Of a stretch of 64,000 bases of DNA, positions 36,243 to 49,880 are shown one piece after another. Below the pieces are notes generated by a model. It was not told where the DNA came from. It made no database searches and was given only the letters and a program-made list of their open reading frames with translations. The translations under genes and the position numbers were made by a program. Source of the DNA: Sphagnum compactum. Taxonomy: Eukaryota. Location: assembly GCA_965153455.1 (NCBI GenBank), contig OZ234493.1, positions 33,904,213 to 33,968,212 on the forward strand. Reading direction: 5' to 3'. Position 1 is the stretch's first letter; each line of letters starts with the position of its first letter.

Positions 36243-39200
36243 TTAAGAGGGTCCATTTGAAAATGTTAATGGAATGTCGTCCTGTTCCACTGATTTCCGG
36301 TGAGGGTGGTGGTGTGGCCTTTTTTGATGGTGCCCCTTTTGTTGAGGTTGTTGCCATAGGGGGGAGTCTGCTGGCTGAAAGGAATCTGATCGCAAAGGTT
36401 CAATATTATTATGGTCCCCTCTGTCCAGTGATCGTTGTCGCTGATGGTGCCCCTTTGTCTGATGTGATGACCTCGATGTTTCGGCTGATTTTTGTGTTCC
36501 AGGAGTGTTCGCAGGAGGATTTGACCTTGTTCTGAAGATGCTGCTCTCTCTCTCCCATTGCTGCTGCTCCTGCTACTCATGGGTCAGTTAGCATCCACAT
36601 CTGAGAATGTGTCAACTTACCATACCCATTCTAGCTCACATCCATACCCTCAGCATCAGGCACCTAAACCCTAAACCCTAAATCCACATCAAGGTGCACA
36701 GGCAGGCATTTCCAAGAAACCAAACTGGGAATCATAAAGTGAAGCTATACTACCTGTGATGCCTGCTGCAAGCTGGAAGCAGCAGCAGCAGTCCCCTTGC
36801 AAACACAGAGCCGATGCTGCTCAGATTTTGTGTCGAGCAGTCCACTCACAGTTACCACCATTACCACAACCTTGGCCTTCTTGTCATCCCTCCACCAGTT
36901 TGGCTGCCCTCTTGAAACCTGCGAGCTAGCACTCATCGATGAGCCTGGCCCAACATAGCGTATGCTGATTTCTATGCTGCTGTTGGGTCCAATCACACCA
37001 GCTGCCGGTTGCACCTGAAGGAAGAGAATGCAACTTCAACCAAGAGTTCTTTCAAGTGTAACAAAATCATCACAATTTTGCCATCCTGATTGACCAACAA
37101 GACAAAATGCTGAATGACAAAGAAGCATCCCGAGAACCTACATACTTTTTTTTCTTGGCAGCAACATCATACCTGAAGCCATTGGGGAAACCCATAGCCA
37201 CCCCTAAAAGTTTGGCCTTTGCTTGTAGTAGTATTAAAGTTGGTGGTATAATGGTCTCCGCAAGGACATTCTCCACCACGAGGCTCCCCATCACAGTGAA
37301 CTGTAAAAGTTGCAGGCAACTTGCTGCTCTCATTTGTAACACGTAATAACACAAAAGAGGAACTCTCGTCAAGCGTTGCTTTTTTGGTACTCACACTCGT
37401 TCTGGGAATAATGTTGCACTTCTCCAAATAAGCCTGCATCACGGGGTGGTTGTGCAAAATGTCCCCAAATTCTTGTCGGCGAGCAGCTTGATTGATAACT
37501 GCAAGGTCTACACTCAGCACACAACGCACCGGTTTGTGGTCACTATCTGTTATGTCCATGCAAGCTTCATACCTGCATTCCAAATGGAAATCCATCAGAA
37601 TCATGGGTTGTGTCCTCTACTGATGTCCTCCTCCATCCTGAGCTACTAGGTACCACTCAACCTTCCTTGATAGCAGCAGAAGGGGCCTACAAAGATTGGT
37701 GTAAGTGGGTTCACATCAAATTCCATGTCAAAGAAGAATCTACAAACATTGAGCTTCGCAAAGCACCAAACTAGGATTGCATACACATCCTAAACCCTAA
37801 AAACCTAAACCCATCCTCTCTCCAATTGTGGACTCCACCAATACATACTACATACATACCCAGCAACTGTAACCTTAGCAGGCCGAGAAAGTTTGATGGG
37901 TTCAGCAGCAGCAGCAGCATCATTTCCATCAATGCTGTCCCGAAAGATGACCCGATCACAATATGCAGGAACTCTCCTCTTTTCACTTGTATCATACACT
38001 GTCACCGAAGAATCACAGCAGCAGAGCAGCCCCAAATTAATTAGTGAGTGAGTGATGATGACTCACACCCTCGCATCTGACTTCTCTAGGTGGAAACTGA
38101 TAGCATGACAATCTGAGCTCAAAACCTCTTTCTTAACACCCAAGAACCCTAAACCCACTGTCAACAGACTACCTTGGCTACCACGATCAAACTTGTAGGT
38201 TGGTGCAAATTTGATAAAGCCTTCCCGCATGCCTTGAAATGTGCGCCCAGACTTCATCTCATTCCTTAACTGATCCTTTAAAAGCAGCAAGTCATATTTC
38301 TTTTGCCGAATCAAATCCATGGCCTCATCATAAGACACATCAATCCTGTAGTTGAGGTCTCCAAACCAAATCAGAATGTCTGCCTGTGAGAGGTCTGGCA
38401 TCATTGCCTCTCCCATTACTTCTGACTGCTGCAAAGTAAGTCCCCCCACAAAAAAAAAACTCTTCTTTCAGCAACAAGACATTATTACATTTTCACCTTT
38501 CACATGTACTTCTGAATAAACCCAAGAAAGTTTAGGGTTTAGGGTTTGATGGCCTCATCATCGGCCTGAGAAATGAGAACAGCACTCTAGGAGGAGGACC
38601 AAGCAAACTAAAGAATAATGATTACAGTTGAAATAGAACCCACAGAGATTTAGATTTTACCGTGTACAAAGAAGGTGGATCTCCTTCCTTGAATGTAGTG
38701 GTATCCTGAAACTCTGAGTTTGATGTATTTTTGCGCCCATTTCCTCGCTGCACATACTGTACTGTTTGTTGGTACCCAAGACCCACAAACTTAGGGTTAG
38801 CATACATACACACCTACGATGCATGTAACTATTGCTGTAAGGCAAGGAGAGATTGTTGTTGCTACTGTTCGATGTTTGCTACAAAAGACAGGAGACGAAT
38901 AGATCAGGAAGCAGACACTACCTGGTTTATTCCCAAGTGACATCTGGTTGTAGATATATTCAAAGTCTGCATTTCGACTGGCAACTTTCTCCTGATGAGC
39001 AGCAAAATGGCTATTCACCACACACACTGTACGCCTAAAAACTGTCATTTTGAGACCAACAGCTCCCTGAAAACCTCAATTGCTTAAAAGACATCAGTTT
39101 CTTCATAAGACCATACTTGTGTTCCTGAAAACCATTTGTTGAATGTGTAGAAAAATAAGCACATTAACTTCATAGGGTTTAGGGTTCAGGGCTTTGGGTT

Positions 39201-42200
39201 TAGCAAGATCCTGCTCCCATTGGAGTGTATGAATGCTATTAACATTATGGAACCTTGATCAGTTCCTGCTCCCAGTGCAGGTTTTTTGTTAAACCTGAAG
39301 CCTTAAACCCTAAACCCTATGAAAAATCTGTAGAAGCCCTAAATCCTAAAACAAATATCTGCGGACACCCGATTGGTTGAAAAAGCTTACTTTGTTACCC
39401 AATGTTCGCCCAAATCCACAAGCCACAGCTGCTGCATCTACATCTCCAATATGGGTACGGAACTTCTTCCTCACCCTGTCAATTTGTCAATAGGTTTAGC
39501 AACTAGAGAGGCTGCTATGTACTACAAGTGAGAGATTCAAGAGTTGAAATGCTGGAGAAAGAAAAAATAAATAAAATTGCAAAATCCACTTTGATTTTCA
39601 AATGTTTGGGATCTAACATGATACTAGCAGCAGAGATTTTCTTGACAGAATAATATTGACCACTGCCTACTAATGTGGGTAGTACCCACCAGACACCAAG
39701 CAGAAGGCCTGCCAATTGGCGAGACGCAAGGCGCTCAAAATCTTTGCCTTCACCGATCACAGCACCAATATTATCAAGCCACCACTGGCCATTTGCACTG
39801 CCCTTCTCCTGAAGCCCACCTCCTACCTTCATGACAGAACAAAAACCCAACCGGGTACATCAGAATAGTAGGTTACAGGACCCTGAGTAGCAACATATCT
39901 GTGGCAAGATCTCAAGCAATCGAGGGACACACACAAAAAGGACTAAGTGCAAGCTGAGATAGACACACACCGTTTCCTTCACAGCTGCAATGCCGATTGC
40001 ACCTGCACCCATCTCCATCTCTTGAATCCCCACAAAAACCATACTTGCATCTGCTGATGGCTCAGCTAGCCACATCCGGAGCGACTGTAGTGAAGGCTTC
40101 TCTTGGCTGACATTCCATGTGCCAGCAAACAACCTGAAGCAGTAGGTTTAGGGTTTAGTCCAGACAGCTGCAGTTCACCATATTAAATTCTTCATGTAGA
40201 TTCTTCATGCCAATAATGGTTTTTTTTCTTTACCCATCTGTCAGTCTGTCCATCTGTCATCAAGGTTCCTTTACCATCCAGATTCACAACAACACAATGT
40301 CCTGTGGGAAGGAATTATTCACTTCTCATATAGTAGAACTTAAACTATTACCTGAAGTGTTGTTGCTGTGTGAAAGAGCCAGCTCTTGCAGACAGCTCCA
40401 TTTGGAGAAGAGAGTCAAATTCTGGGCTGAGTGATGCAATGTGCCAACCACGGATACCCCCATTTGATGCGAGTGTAAAAACATAGTTTTTGCCTCTCAC
40501 CATCTGAACCAGCGGTGAATGGTGCGCACCCCATGATCCAACTAAAACCCTATTCCCAATCTGCCATACCTGCAGACACCAGTCACAGACATCACAGTTG
40601 CTTTGAGAATCCCCCTGTAGCTTAGCTTACATGCATGCACTTCATTCTAAGAGATCAAATCTATGTAAACCCAAAAGTGCAAATCTTTGTATAAAAAATG
40701 AGAGAAAAACAGACAAAGGTGATGATGACCGTCATGCCTGAATCTTGCCGTTAGTGTAGCCTGCCCACAAGCAGCTCCCGACTACCAACAAGCATTTGAC
40801 AGCCACTGGAGCTACGGGTAACTCATTCACACGATTGCCACCAGCATCCCACTGAACAAGGAGCCCATTTCCGAGACCTCCCCACACTGTTCCATCTGGA
40901 GAGGCCACCAGAGCCTGGAGTCTTCGAGCATCCTCTAAGACCTGCACTGATCTGTCTGTTGCGCGCCGCACTGCATCAGCTGCTCCCATGAAGCCATTCC
41001 TCGAGCGGTGCAACCAGCGTCCAAGGCTCTTCTCCTTCTTCAGTGCCCTTTCTTCAGTTAGCACTTCATGACCTGGTGAGAATTCCTGGATCGAAAGATT
41101 CGGCTCTGAGAATACACTTGCCCCAAATACCTTGATGATCTCCCTTGTTCTTGCATCCCTGCCACCAGCCCAAGGAGAGTTATTCTCCTGTTTTCAGAAC
41201 TCTAGGCACAACAAACCCAACTCTGAAATGCAGAAAATTTGCCCAATGACCTGCATTGATCTATCTGCATAGAGAAATGGGTGAACCTGTAATGTGGCTT
41301 ATGATAATCTATTCACAACCGAGACTGTGGAAGTTTCCAAAACACACATACCAGAGTGCTATGTGATGAATTCCTCCCGCCCAAATCCTTCCATTTGAAT
41401 GCTCGGCAACTAAGAACCGTACTTCAGTTAGTGCAGGGCTCATTCCAGTTGTCGGACCCCTAAGCGTCAAAGACGATTTTGCCATGAATGCAGCTACTGC
41501 ATATTCACCTTCTGCACCGCTACTGCGTAATCCATGTGATGTAACTTCACAAGGCCATGCCTTCATTGACCCACTTTCCGACCCTGTCCAGAGCTCGCCT
41601 GAATACTCAAACAGTGATGTGTCAGTAAAGTTTAAACCCAATCCGGAAGAGGAATGCATGAGGTTTTTGTTACAATCTCCCACCACCTCAGAGAAATATT
41701 TGTCGCACCCAATTTTCATACTGCAAGTAAGCAAACAAGGAGAGAGAGAAAAAAAAGAAAGACAGTGCATGAGTGTTGCCATGTCTTTCTCTAAGACACC
41801 CACCGTATGAAGTGACAACAATTGCAGTCACAGGTGTGCGATGACCCTCCCACACCAAGCTGGGGAGGGTGGGGTCCCATCGTGTGCGTTTGACTTGCGC
41901 TGGCCAAGCTCTCACCTTTCCATCTTTGTGGCCACTCCAAACTATCTCATTGGCAATGTCCAATGCAAGGCATAAAGTTGGTGATGCATGAACAGAAAGT
42001 ACACAGTACGCTGCAGCATCTTCATCGCCTACCAAATTGTCGACTCCTTCACTGAAACATCTGGTTGCACTCTCAATATCCCAGACTTGGAGCCCAAAAT
42101 CAAATGCTGCCCATAAGGAAGTTTCAGTGCAAAGGATGGTCTTTGTTGACTGATGGATGTCCTTCAATGGGTGTGGTCGAAGCTCCAAAGCTACTGGGTG

Positions 42201-43454
42201 ACCAGCTTGGAGAAATCCTCTAGATGGTGCCCTGTACACTGATCCCTTTCCCCCTCCAGATGCCAGAAAATCACAAGACTGCCTTGCTTGCTTTGACTCT
42301 GCAACAACAACAGAAGACTGCTTGAAAGGAGATCCGGGAGGCACTGACAGTCGTGGAGGTGGTGGTGCTGGAGATGACCGCTGTGGGGTTGGTGGTGGTT
42401 TTGAGACCATTTCAGCATCAAGAGGCCTTTTGGGTCTTCCATTAGACTCAAGGAAGGTGGTGATGCTGGAGGCAGCGAGCTTTGAAGACACAACAATTGG
42501 AGCCTCTGGGTTATTCCTGATTAGAGAACTTTCTGACCTCAGTGACCTCGAATGAAACAGTCTTCCCCCCCCACGAGGAGCATCCTGCCTTTCAACATCC
42601 ATCCCAGCAGACCTATTGGTTGCAGTTCCTGGATGGCTCGTTGGGATTGCTGGACTTCCATTGGAAACATTCACCTTGCTGAAAGCATCAGTTAGGAAAT
42701 GATCTTCCCCAACCAGTACCTGAGGAGGAGCAGCATACTTCACTACAGTTGGTGGCAATGTGGACTCAATCCAAGGAGCAGCAGGTTCACCAGTCACCTG
42801 ATTGCTCAACCTTCTTCCCAAAGCTGAACTATTTCCTGATAAGCCACCAGCTTCCAAGTACCCAGATGATCTCAACAAGAAATCATCTCTTGGTGAGGAA
42901 GAGGCAGCTCTGAAGGGATTTGAAGAAGCCTCAGACCAAGGTGGCGGCGGTGGAAGTGCCACATTATCCAAGGAACCTGTCAGTAGATCCATACCACCTG
43001 GAGTACACTGAAATGGGTTGTGCTCATCTGTGTCAATCCGTGACTGCCTGGAATTGCTGCTGCTGCTGACAACACTGTTCTGGTGTGATGTAAATGAAGC
43101 AGATTGCTGTGGCAAGCTTTGTGCAGCAGATGAACTAACAAAGAAATATTCAGGAGTTGGAGGAGGAGTCTGAGGATGTGTTTCTCTGACCAAAGTGTAA
43201 GGAGTATGATGATGATGATGATCACTACTACTACTCCAGCTGAAAGGATCCACCACAGGCTGCTGGTCAAGTCCTTTGATGACGACATTGCCATTTGCTG
43301 CCGAGCAGAAGGAGGAAGGTTGATTCATGTCATCATCCCCAAAATCAATCAATGGTGGCTCAAAAGAGTCTCCACCACCACAAGAGAATCCACTCTGTTT
43401 GCTCGGAGGCATCATGTGATGATGATGCAGCATCGACTCATCGTTTCCACACAT
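36243..43454 (-). CDS. Type II inositol polyphosphate 5-phosphatase with WD40 region (5PTase12/13/FRA3-like). Exons 43454-41804, 41598-41352, 41158-40738, 40569-40352, 40133-39971, 39826-39690, 39475-39391, 39066-38922, small exon(s) ~38835-38661, ~38428-38173, 37998-37860, 37572-37173, 37014-36754, 36569-36243
   Basis: WD-like segments [13 protein letters not shown] and ELWTGSESG. 5-phosphatase motifs [66 protein letters not shown] and SDHKPV. Splice phases are consistent; the last exon and the small exons are less certain. Confidence 0.9.
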
Positions 43455-45797
43455 GCCTGGCTAAATCACAAGATAATTCCATATCTCTTTTTTATTTCTA
43501 TTACCTGCAAGTCTCTTTACTCCCGGTAAGGAAGGAATGCTGACATTTTATTCTGGATCCAAGCCATAGATTGACATGTATACAACAACTTGAACATATT
43601 GGGTAGGCCCACAAATGCATCGTAGTGGAACTTATTGATTTGGCTAACAGGTTTTGGGTCGGAGTAGCATATAAGAAACTGACCTCTTTTGAGCTAGCAT
43701 GTGGAACACGTGTTACTTAAGTGCATTGTTGGTTTTTGACAGATGACTTCTTCCCATCATCATCACCTCATCAAGAGCGCAATCTTGTGTGCCTCCTTGT
43801 CAAGGCAGTAATTTCTGGCATGTCTTCAGCTTCCATGTCTTTTGAGACCAGCCAGATGTGTGTGCTTTCCTTAAGACTTCCTTTCATCATCAAGCTGCTG
43901 CAACAACTGAGCTTGTAGGTAAACTTCCATTTTCTTTTAGCTTGCCGATGTACAAAGTTGAAAGAAAAAATTGCAGAGCACACAAACTCCTACTACAAAC
44001 TTTGATCCCCAAATATATATTTTCGGACAGAACCAGAATACTTATACTCATGTATTTGTACATCCACCTAGCAAAAAAAATCAATTGTATGACACACCTT
44101 CTTCTGAAATGCTTGTCTTACAACCATTCCAGTGGATTCTGTTTGAATTTTGACCTCTTCCTGCCTCCCTGCCTGCCTGCTTTCATGTCAACCTCAAAAG
44201 AGTGCATAATTACTTTTCCATCTTCAGCCAAGTCAAGCCGCAAAATAGTAGCGTTGCCTACGCAATCAAAAAATTGCTGAAAGCCAGGCAATCAAGGATT
44301 TCCAAAAGATGGGCAAATCTTTGAAAGGCATCACATGTAGATAGCAAAAGCAGAGCAAATGACAGAAGGGCACTTACTGCCAGGAAACAAACAAAATCCA
44401 CAACAGGAGATTAGGTCAAAAACACACAGACACACACGCACGCACAAACTCAGAGAGTTTTTTGCAAACAAACATATAAATTCAACAACTGCAATCACAT
44501 CAAAACAGTGTGACCAATTGATTGTTCAAGGTACAAAAGACTGGCATTTAGTTAGTCCATGTGAAAAAAACACACACACAATCACCTGACAGTTTGGTCA
44601 ACCCACAACACCCAAATTTGACAATATCTTCAAACAACATGCCCACAAAAAGAGTGGGAACAACATTATGAGACAGCAAGGGCATAGACAAAACCACACG
44701 ACAAAAAAAAGAATTGATCATCAGAAAATTCATGACCCGGTTGTATTTGGAGCACCCTTCACTTGGTAAATTATTATGGAGTTTTGATTTTGAAAAACCA
44801 AGTTTTAGGTTGGCACTTCACAAACAAGACTACAAAACCATCAGAGACATACACATTTTGTTTTGTGTCCATCTGCTGTGCTGCTGGTGATAAGCAACCT
44901 ACCTGTTGGTGCTGGTGATACCAAGCATCTCAAGATGATGAAAATGTGGAGCAGCAGTTACAATGAATCAAGCAAGCAAGGATCTTGTCTTGGCTGTTTT
45001 TTTTCCCTCTGGTACCCACAAAACACAGGGGTTCATAGCAAGAGTTAGCACCGTAGCAGAAGGACAAAAAACACATTTGTTTTGTACAATGCCTTGAGCA
45101 TAACCCAATTAGCCTGAAGAGAGGAGAAATGGGAGATGGGTAGGGAGACATAGGGGAGAAAGCTACAAGTGCCCAGCAACTGAAAAATGCATGACCCAAA
45201 ACCACAAAATGAAGAAGCACATTGTGTTCGTCTTCTTCTTCTTCTTTCTGCCCTGTTTTCTGCTTCCAGACGAAACAGCAGATCTAAAGGATTTTGGGGG
45301 TTGTGATCAAGCAAACACCAAAATGACCCTTCAAATCATCACACAAAGTGAAAGAAAAATGAAATGAAAAGTTGGAAAAACCTAAAACTTCAATCTTCCT
45401 AAATCCCTACACCCAAAAACAAATCTGCTTTTGCTTTGAAGTCTTCTTCTCTACAAAACCAAAACCCAAAAAACCCAAACTTGTTTTTCTTTCCTTTTCT
45501 TTTTTCCACACATTATGCTGTACCCCTTCCCCCACTCCTCCAAAATGCATCACACACACACACCCACACCGACATCAGAAACAACAACAACAATGAGGGT
45601 AGTAGGTGACTTGACAAAGGAGCAAATTGGAAAAGAAACCCAAAAACCCACAAACCATCTGTTTTGCTCCATCAAAACTCCACACCCACAAACCAAACTC
45701 ACCCAAAAACCAAACCCCGACTGTTTTCCTCCATCAAAGCTCCACACTCCCAAAAAAAACTCCAAATCCCTGCAAAAATTACAGCACTCTTGAAACC

Positions 45798-45828
<31 letters not shown>

Positions 45829-48689
45829 TCTTCATCTTCTTTCCTTTTGCTTCTTCTACTTCTTCTTCTTCTTCTTCTTGAGCAAATTATGAATAACCCA
45901 CCAAAAACAAATTACTTGGCAGACACCCAAAGCTCCAAGAAATGGTCAAAGATTGGAGCTTTGAGGGATTTGGAGCAAAATTGGTCAAGAGAAAGACCCA
46001 CAAATTACCCACAAAGTGAAGGAGAAGAAGAAAGAGCTGAGAAGGAAAGAGGGGAAGAGTGGGGGGGGGAGAGAGAGAGGGGAAGGATCCCACACAAAGA
46101 CTTTTCCCCCAAAACAAAAATCATATTAATTAATTGAGTAGATAATAATTTTTATCATTTAACAACATTATTAAAAATTGACTAAGTATTCCTTTTCACA
46201 TGAATTTTATAAAATTTCCTAACTACATTTTATTTATTTTCAATTTCATAATTCAATTTTTTTAGATAATTTTTTAATATCCCCCTAATTAACAACCCAA
46301 ATTTATGTTTCTTTGGAGATATCTCAATAAAATTTGGAACAAACTAAATTTAATAGCAATGGTAAAAAATTATTGACAACCCAATTCAGATAATACAAAA
46401 AACCATCCATCCAACCATACATCCATCCATCCATTCATCATCCATCCATCCATCCATCCATCCATCTTAAGGACAAAGTTTTATGAAGCTTGGGTACCTT
46501 CCCATGACATAAAGAGATATATTGTACTCATTTTGTCCCCAATTTATTCATGCATTAAATCATTCATTCACTCATTCATTCATTATGTATGTGGGGTGTT
46601 CATTAATTAATGTCACGTGTAACTTAGTTGTAAGTAGATCCAAATTCTCATAAACTAAATGACTTTACTTTCTCTTTCTTAATTGAAAGAAAGACTTCTT
46701 CTTCTTCTTCATCATCTCTAGAGTGTAGACTCTAATCACTTGCTATTACTAGATGCTCAATTTATAAGCAATGCAATGTTAATAATAAGTAAATGACAAA
46801 TACTTAAGACCAAGTTGAGTTTGATACGTTAGAGATGATGGACCATGGGAGAGCCCCAGTGAATGAATGAATGAATGCATGAATGGATGGATGGATGGAT
46901 GAATGAATTCATTAAGTTTGTTGGGTGGGTAAGTTAGTTGTTGTGGATCTACTTTTTTTGTGTTTTGGGGGTTTTTTCTAATCGAAAGATGACTTGTCTA
47001 AATCTCCATCCAACATGTTTCTTCGCTCAACTAACAAGCCTTCCCGAGTAGTAGGGAACTTCAATAATGAATAGAATTAGATACTAGAGAGATATGGGGA
47101 GGAATGGAAATGTTGTGCACACATACCCACCACTCGGAAGTGTATTAAAGAAAGGGATGAATAAGTTTAATATTATGAAAGATGGTAAATGGGTGTGGGG
47201 AACACATGTCGAGTGAGCATCTCAAGGCCCGGGCAATTTCAAGTTCCAAGTTGCTAAGTTATGGGGGTAAGTAGTACCCTAGAATTCAACTCTTGTATGG
47301 GGTTTTTCGTGTTTTTTTATTTTTTTCTCGGGTTTCGGGGTTTCTTTCTTTCGGTGTTGATCTCGTCCGAGATGGTTGTCGTTATTGTTGCCGGAGGTTG
47401 TTGTTGTCACTTGCATCATCAAACCTATCCACAAAGTTCGGACACCCAAGTTCGGGATTTGGGTGGTTACGAGAATCGTGGATTATTGTCGTCGAGGAAT
47501 TGTGATTTATAATCAAAAAGAAATTCTATTGTGTTTGTTGTGGACTATATAATAACATAGTGTTCCAAAATTCTATCAACAAGTTCCAAATTTTGAGATA
47601 GGGTTTTTTTTTTTTTTTTTTTTTTTTGGGGGGGGGGGGGGGGGGTGAGGAGTTGGCTATTAACTCTCTTTCAAACTTTGTTCTAGTTATTATATTAGGT
47701 ACTTTGTCAACAATTTTTTTGTTATGGCGTATGGTGGCGTAACAATTTTTTTTAAAAAAAATGTTTTCTACCAATATTTTATACGCCTTCAACATCTAGA
47801 AAAAAAGACTATTGAAGTGGTACCTCTTTGAGAATTGAGTATTTTACGATCGACTCAAATACCCATAATAACAACCCAAATGCCTCATTGGTATGTACAC
47901 TTATGGGTTTTGCTTTGTTAGCCTTAAATACCCCCGAATTGGGAAAGCTTGAACTATAATAGCATTTTTCTCTTACAATTGTGTACAACAACTCTTGAAG
48001 TCTAATAAGAATGTTGCCCCAAAAAAATCTCTTTTGTAATTTTATCAATTAATTCCATATCTTCAACCTCAATTTTAGAGCTCAAATATGATAATTTTTT
48101 AATTGGATATGTATACAAACATTTTTTTGGGTGGTGATATTTAATGGGATTATTTGGAAAAATGAGGGACACATTACTAGATACTTAAACAATCTAAACA
48201 ACATTTATCCATTTGATATTTTTGTTTTGAGATAAATCCTTTTTTTAGAGTAATAAATAATGTAGGGACTTATTCTAATGGTTACCTATTGGGATCACAT
48301 TTTTATGGAATATAAATAATACTTTACAAAATTTAATATTCTTGAGTATTTTCCTCCTCTTTGGACTAGATGCTTGCTTCTAAGTGAGCTTCAACTAGTT
48401 TCATGTGACTTGGTCCAACTCCAAAGGTACCTACCTACCTACCTATGCAATTAAAAATTTAAAAAATAACATTGGGTTGTTGTTGCCAGCTTTGTAAGAC
48501 CTCCACTACTTCCCTCTCCACTCTCCCATTCCCATTTGTGTATGGGGGACAATAGTGTACTAAGAAGGTACAAAGAGTTTAGGGTTTAGGGTTTAAGGGC
48601 AAACCCTAAAAAAGGCCAAAGCAAGTTGTACAAAAGATCTTTGTCTATTTGGTTAGGGGAAAGAAGAGTGTATTTTTGTTGTTGTTGTT

Positions 48690-49880
48690 GTTGGCTTTGC
48701 CTACCAAGCAAGGCAAAGGATATTGTGTTTAGATTCGTTGTTATAGAGTATAGTAGCTTAAGGGATTTTTATAGGCCCTTAGGTAATAAATTAATAGGTC
48801 TATTTTTATAAGAGGATTTTTTTTTTTTTGAAAGATGATATTTTTTGGCTTGTGTTGAAACTTGAGATTAGTTATAAAGTTATATAATATCTTGAAGGAT
48901 TTTGGTTTCTTTTAGAAGGATTTTTGAAAATTATATTTTCACATGGTGAAATATTGGAGTTTCCATAATTGTAAACTAGTAGTCACCAATGACCGAGTAC
49001 ATGTCTTAAAACCTTTTTACACCTTCAACTTACTATCGCTACCATAGTACCTTGAACAATAGTTATAATTAATTATTTTCAGGAAAGTTAAAAAAATTTC
49101 CCCTAAAAAAATTTTCAAAGAACAAATTTTTTTGTGAATGAATCTTCGAGAATTGTGAAAGGAATAAAAATAAAAAGTGAAAATATTGCAACGGAAGAGC
49201 AAATGAAACTTGAACAAGCTACACACATCAAGAAAGAGGTTGTCAATGCATTGAAATTTTGGTGCAATTGCAAAAAACATTAAACATTGAGTTGTATAGT
49301 TAGTGGCATTGGAGTTCATAGTACCATAGTAGTCTAATAATGGGTTTGGCAATAAATAAAAATTATTTTTAAAAAATCTGCACTTTCTAGATATTATTAA
49401 GGCATATTTTCAAATATATTAAAAAAATTTAAAAATGAATTTTCATTTTTTTAAAAATTGAATAAATAGAAATTAATGAGATTCTTTTGTGGTTTTTTTT
49501 ATGGCAATAGGAATAGGTCAAGAGTAGGAGAGTGTAGTGGAATACATAATACTTTGTAAATGTGTAGGGCTAAGTTCAAGGGAATCCTTATTAGTCCAAT
49601 GAACTAACTAATTAAATTAGTGAATTTTAAAATCAACAAAATCTTTCTTGTTGTAGCATATATCTTCATGTTGTTCTTCCACAACAATTTTTAAAAATGA
49701 TGGAACAACTAGTTTTATTGGACCAATTGAAAATTGCCCCAAAAAAATAATAATACCCTCAAAAAATTGCCAAGTATTTTAAAAATTTATATTTTTGCAT
49801 GGTGAAATATTTGAGTTTCCATAATTATTCTTTTGCCTTAAGAGACGACGGTTTTTGATGTAAATGACAAGGCCATAGTG
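48690..49880 (+). mobile_element. Dispersed non-autonomous element (family B), in two pieces (48690-48970 and 49790-49880) separated by ~820 bp
   Basis: Both pieces are reverse-complement matches to the contiguous copy at 60130-60480; CATGGTGAAATATT.GAGTTTCCATAATT occurs at both ~48942 and ~49798. Confidence 0.7.

Noticed and set aside
36266-36580. 104-aa minus-strand ORF as a separate gene
   Set aside because: It overlaps the last 5-phosphatase exon, which reads in another frame ([13 protein letters not shown]...GPS*) after a phase-0 acceptor.
45372-46137. Cluster of ORFs of 70-157 aa
   Set aside because: Low-complexity products of (CTT)n and A/C-rich leader sequence.
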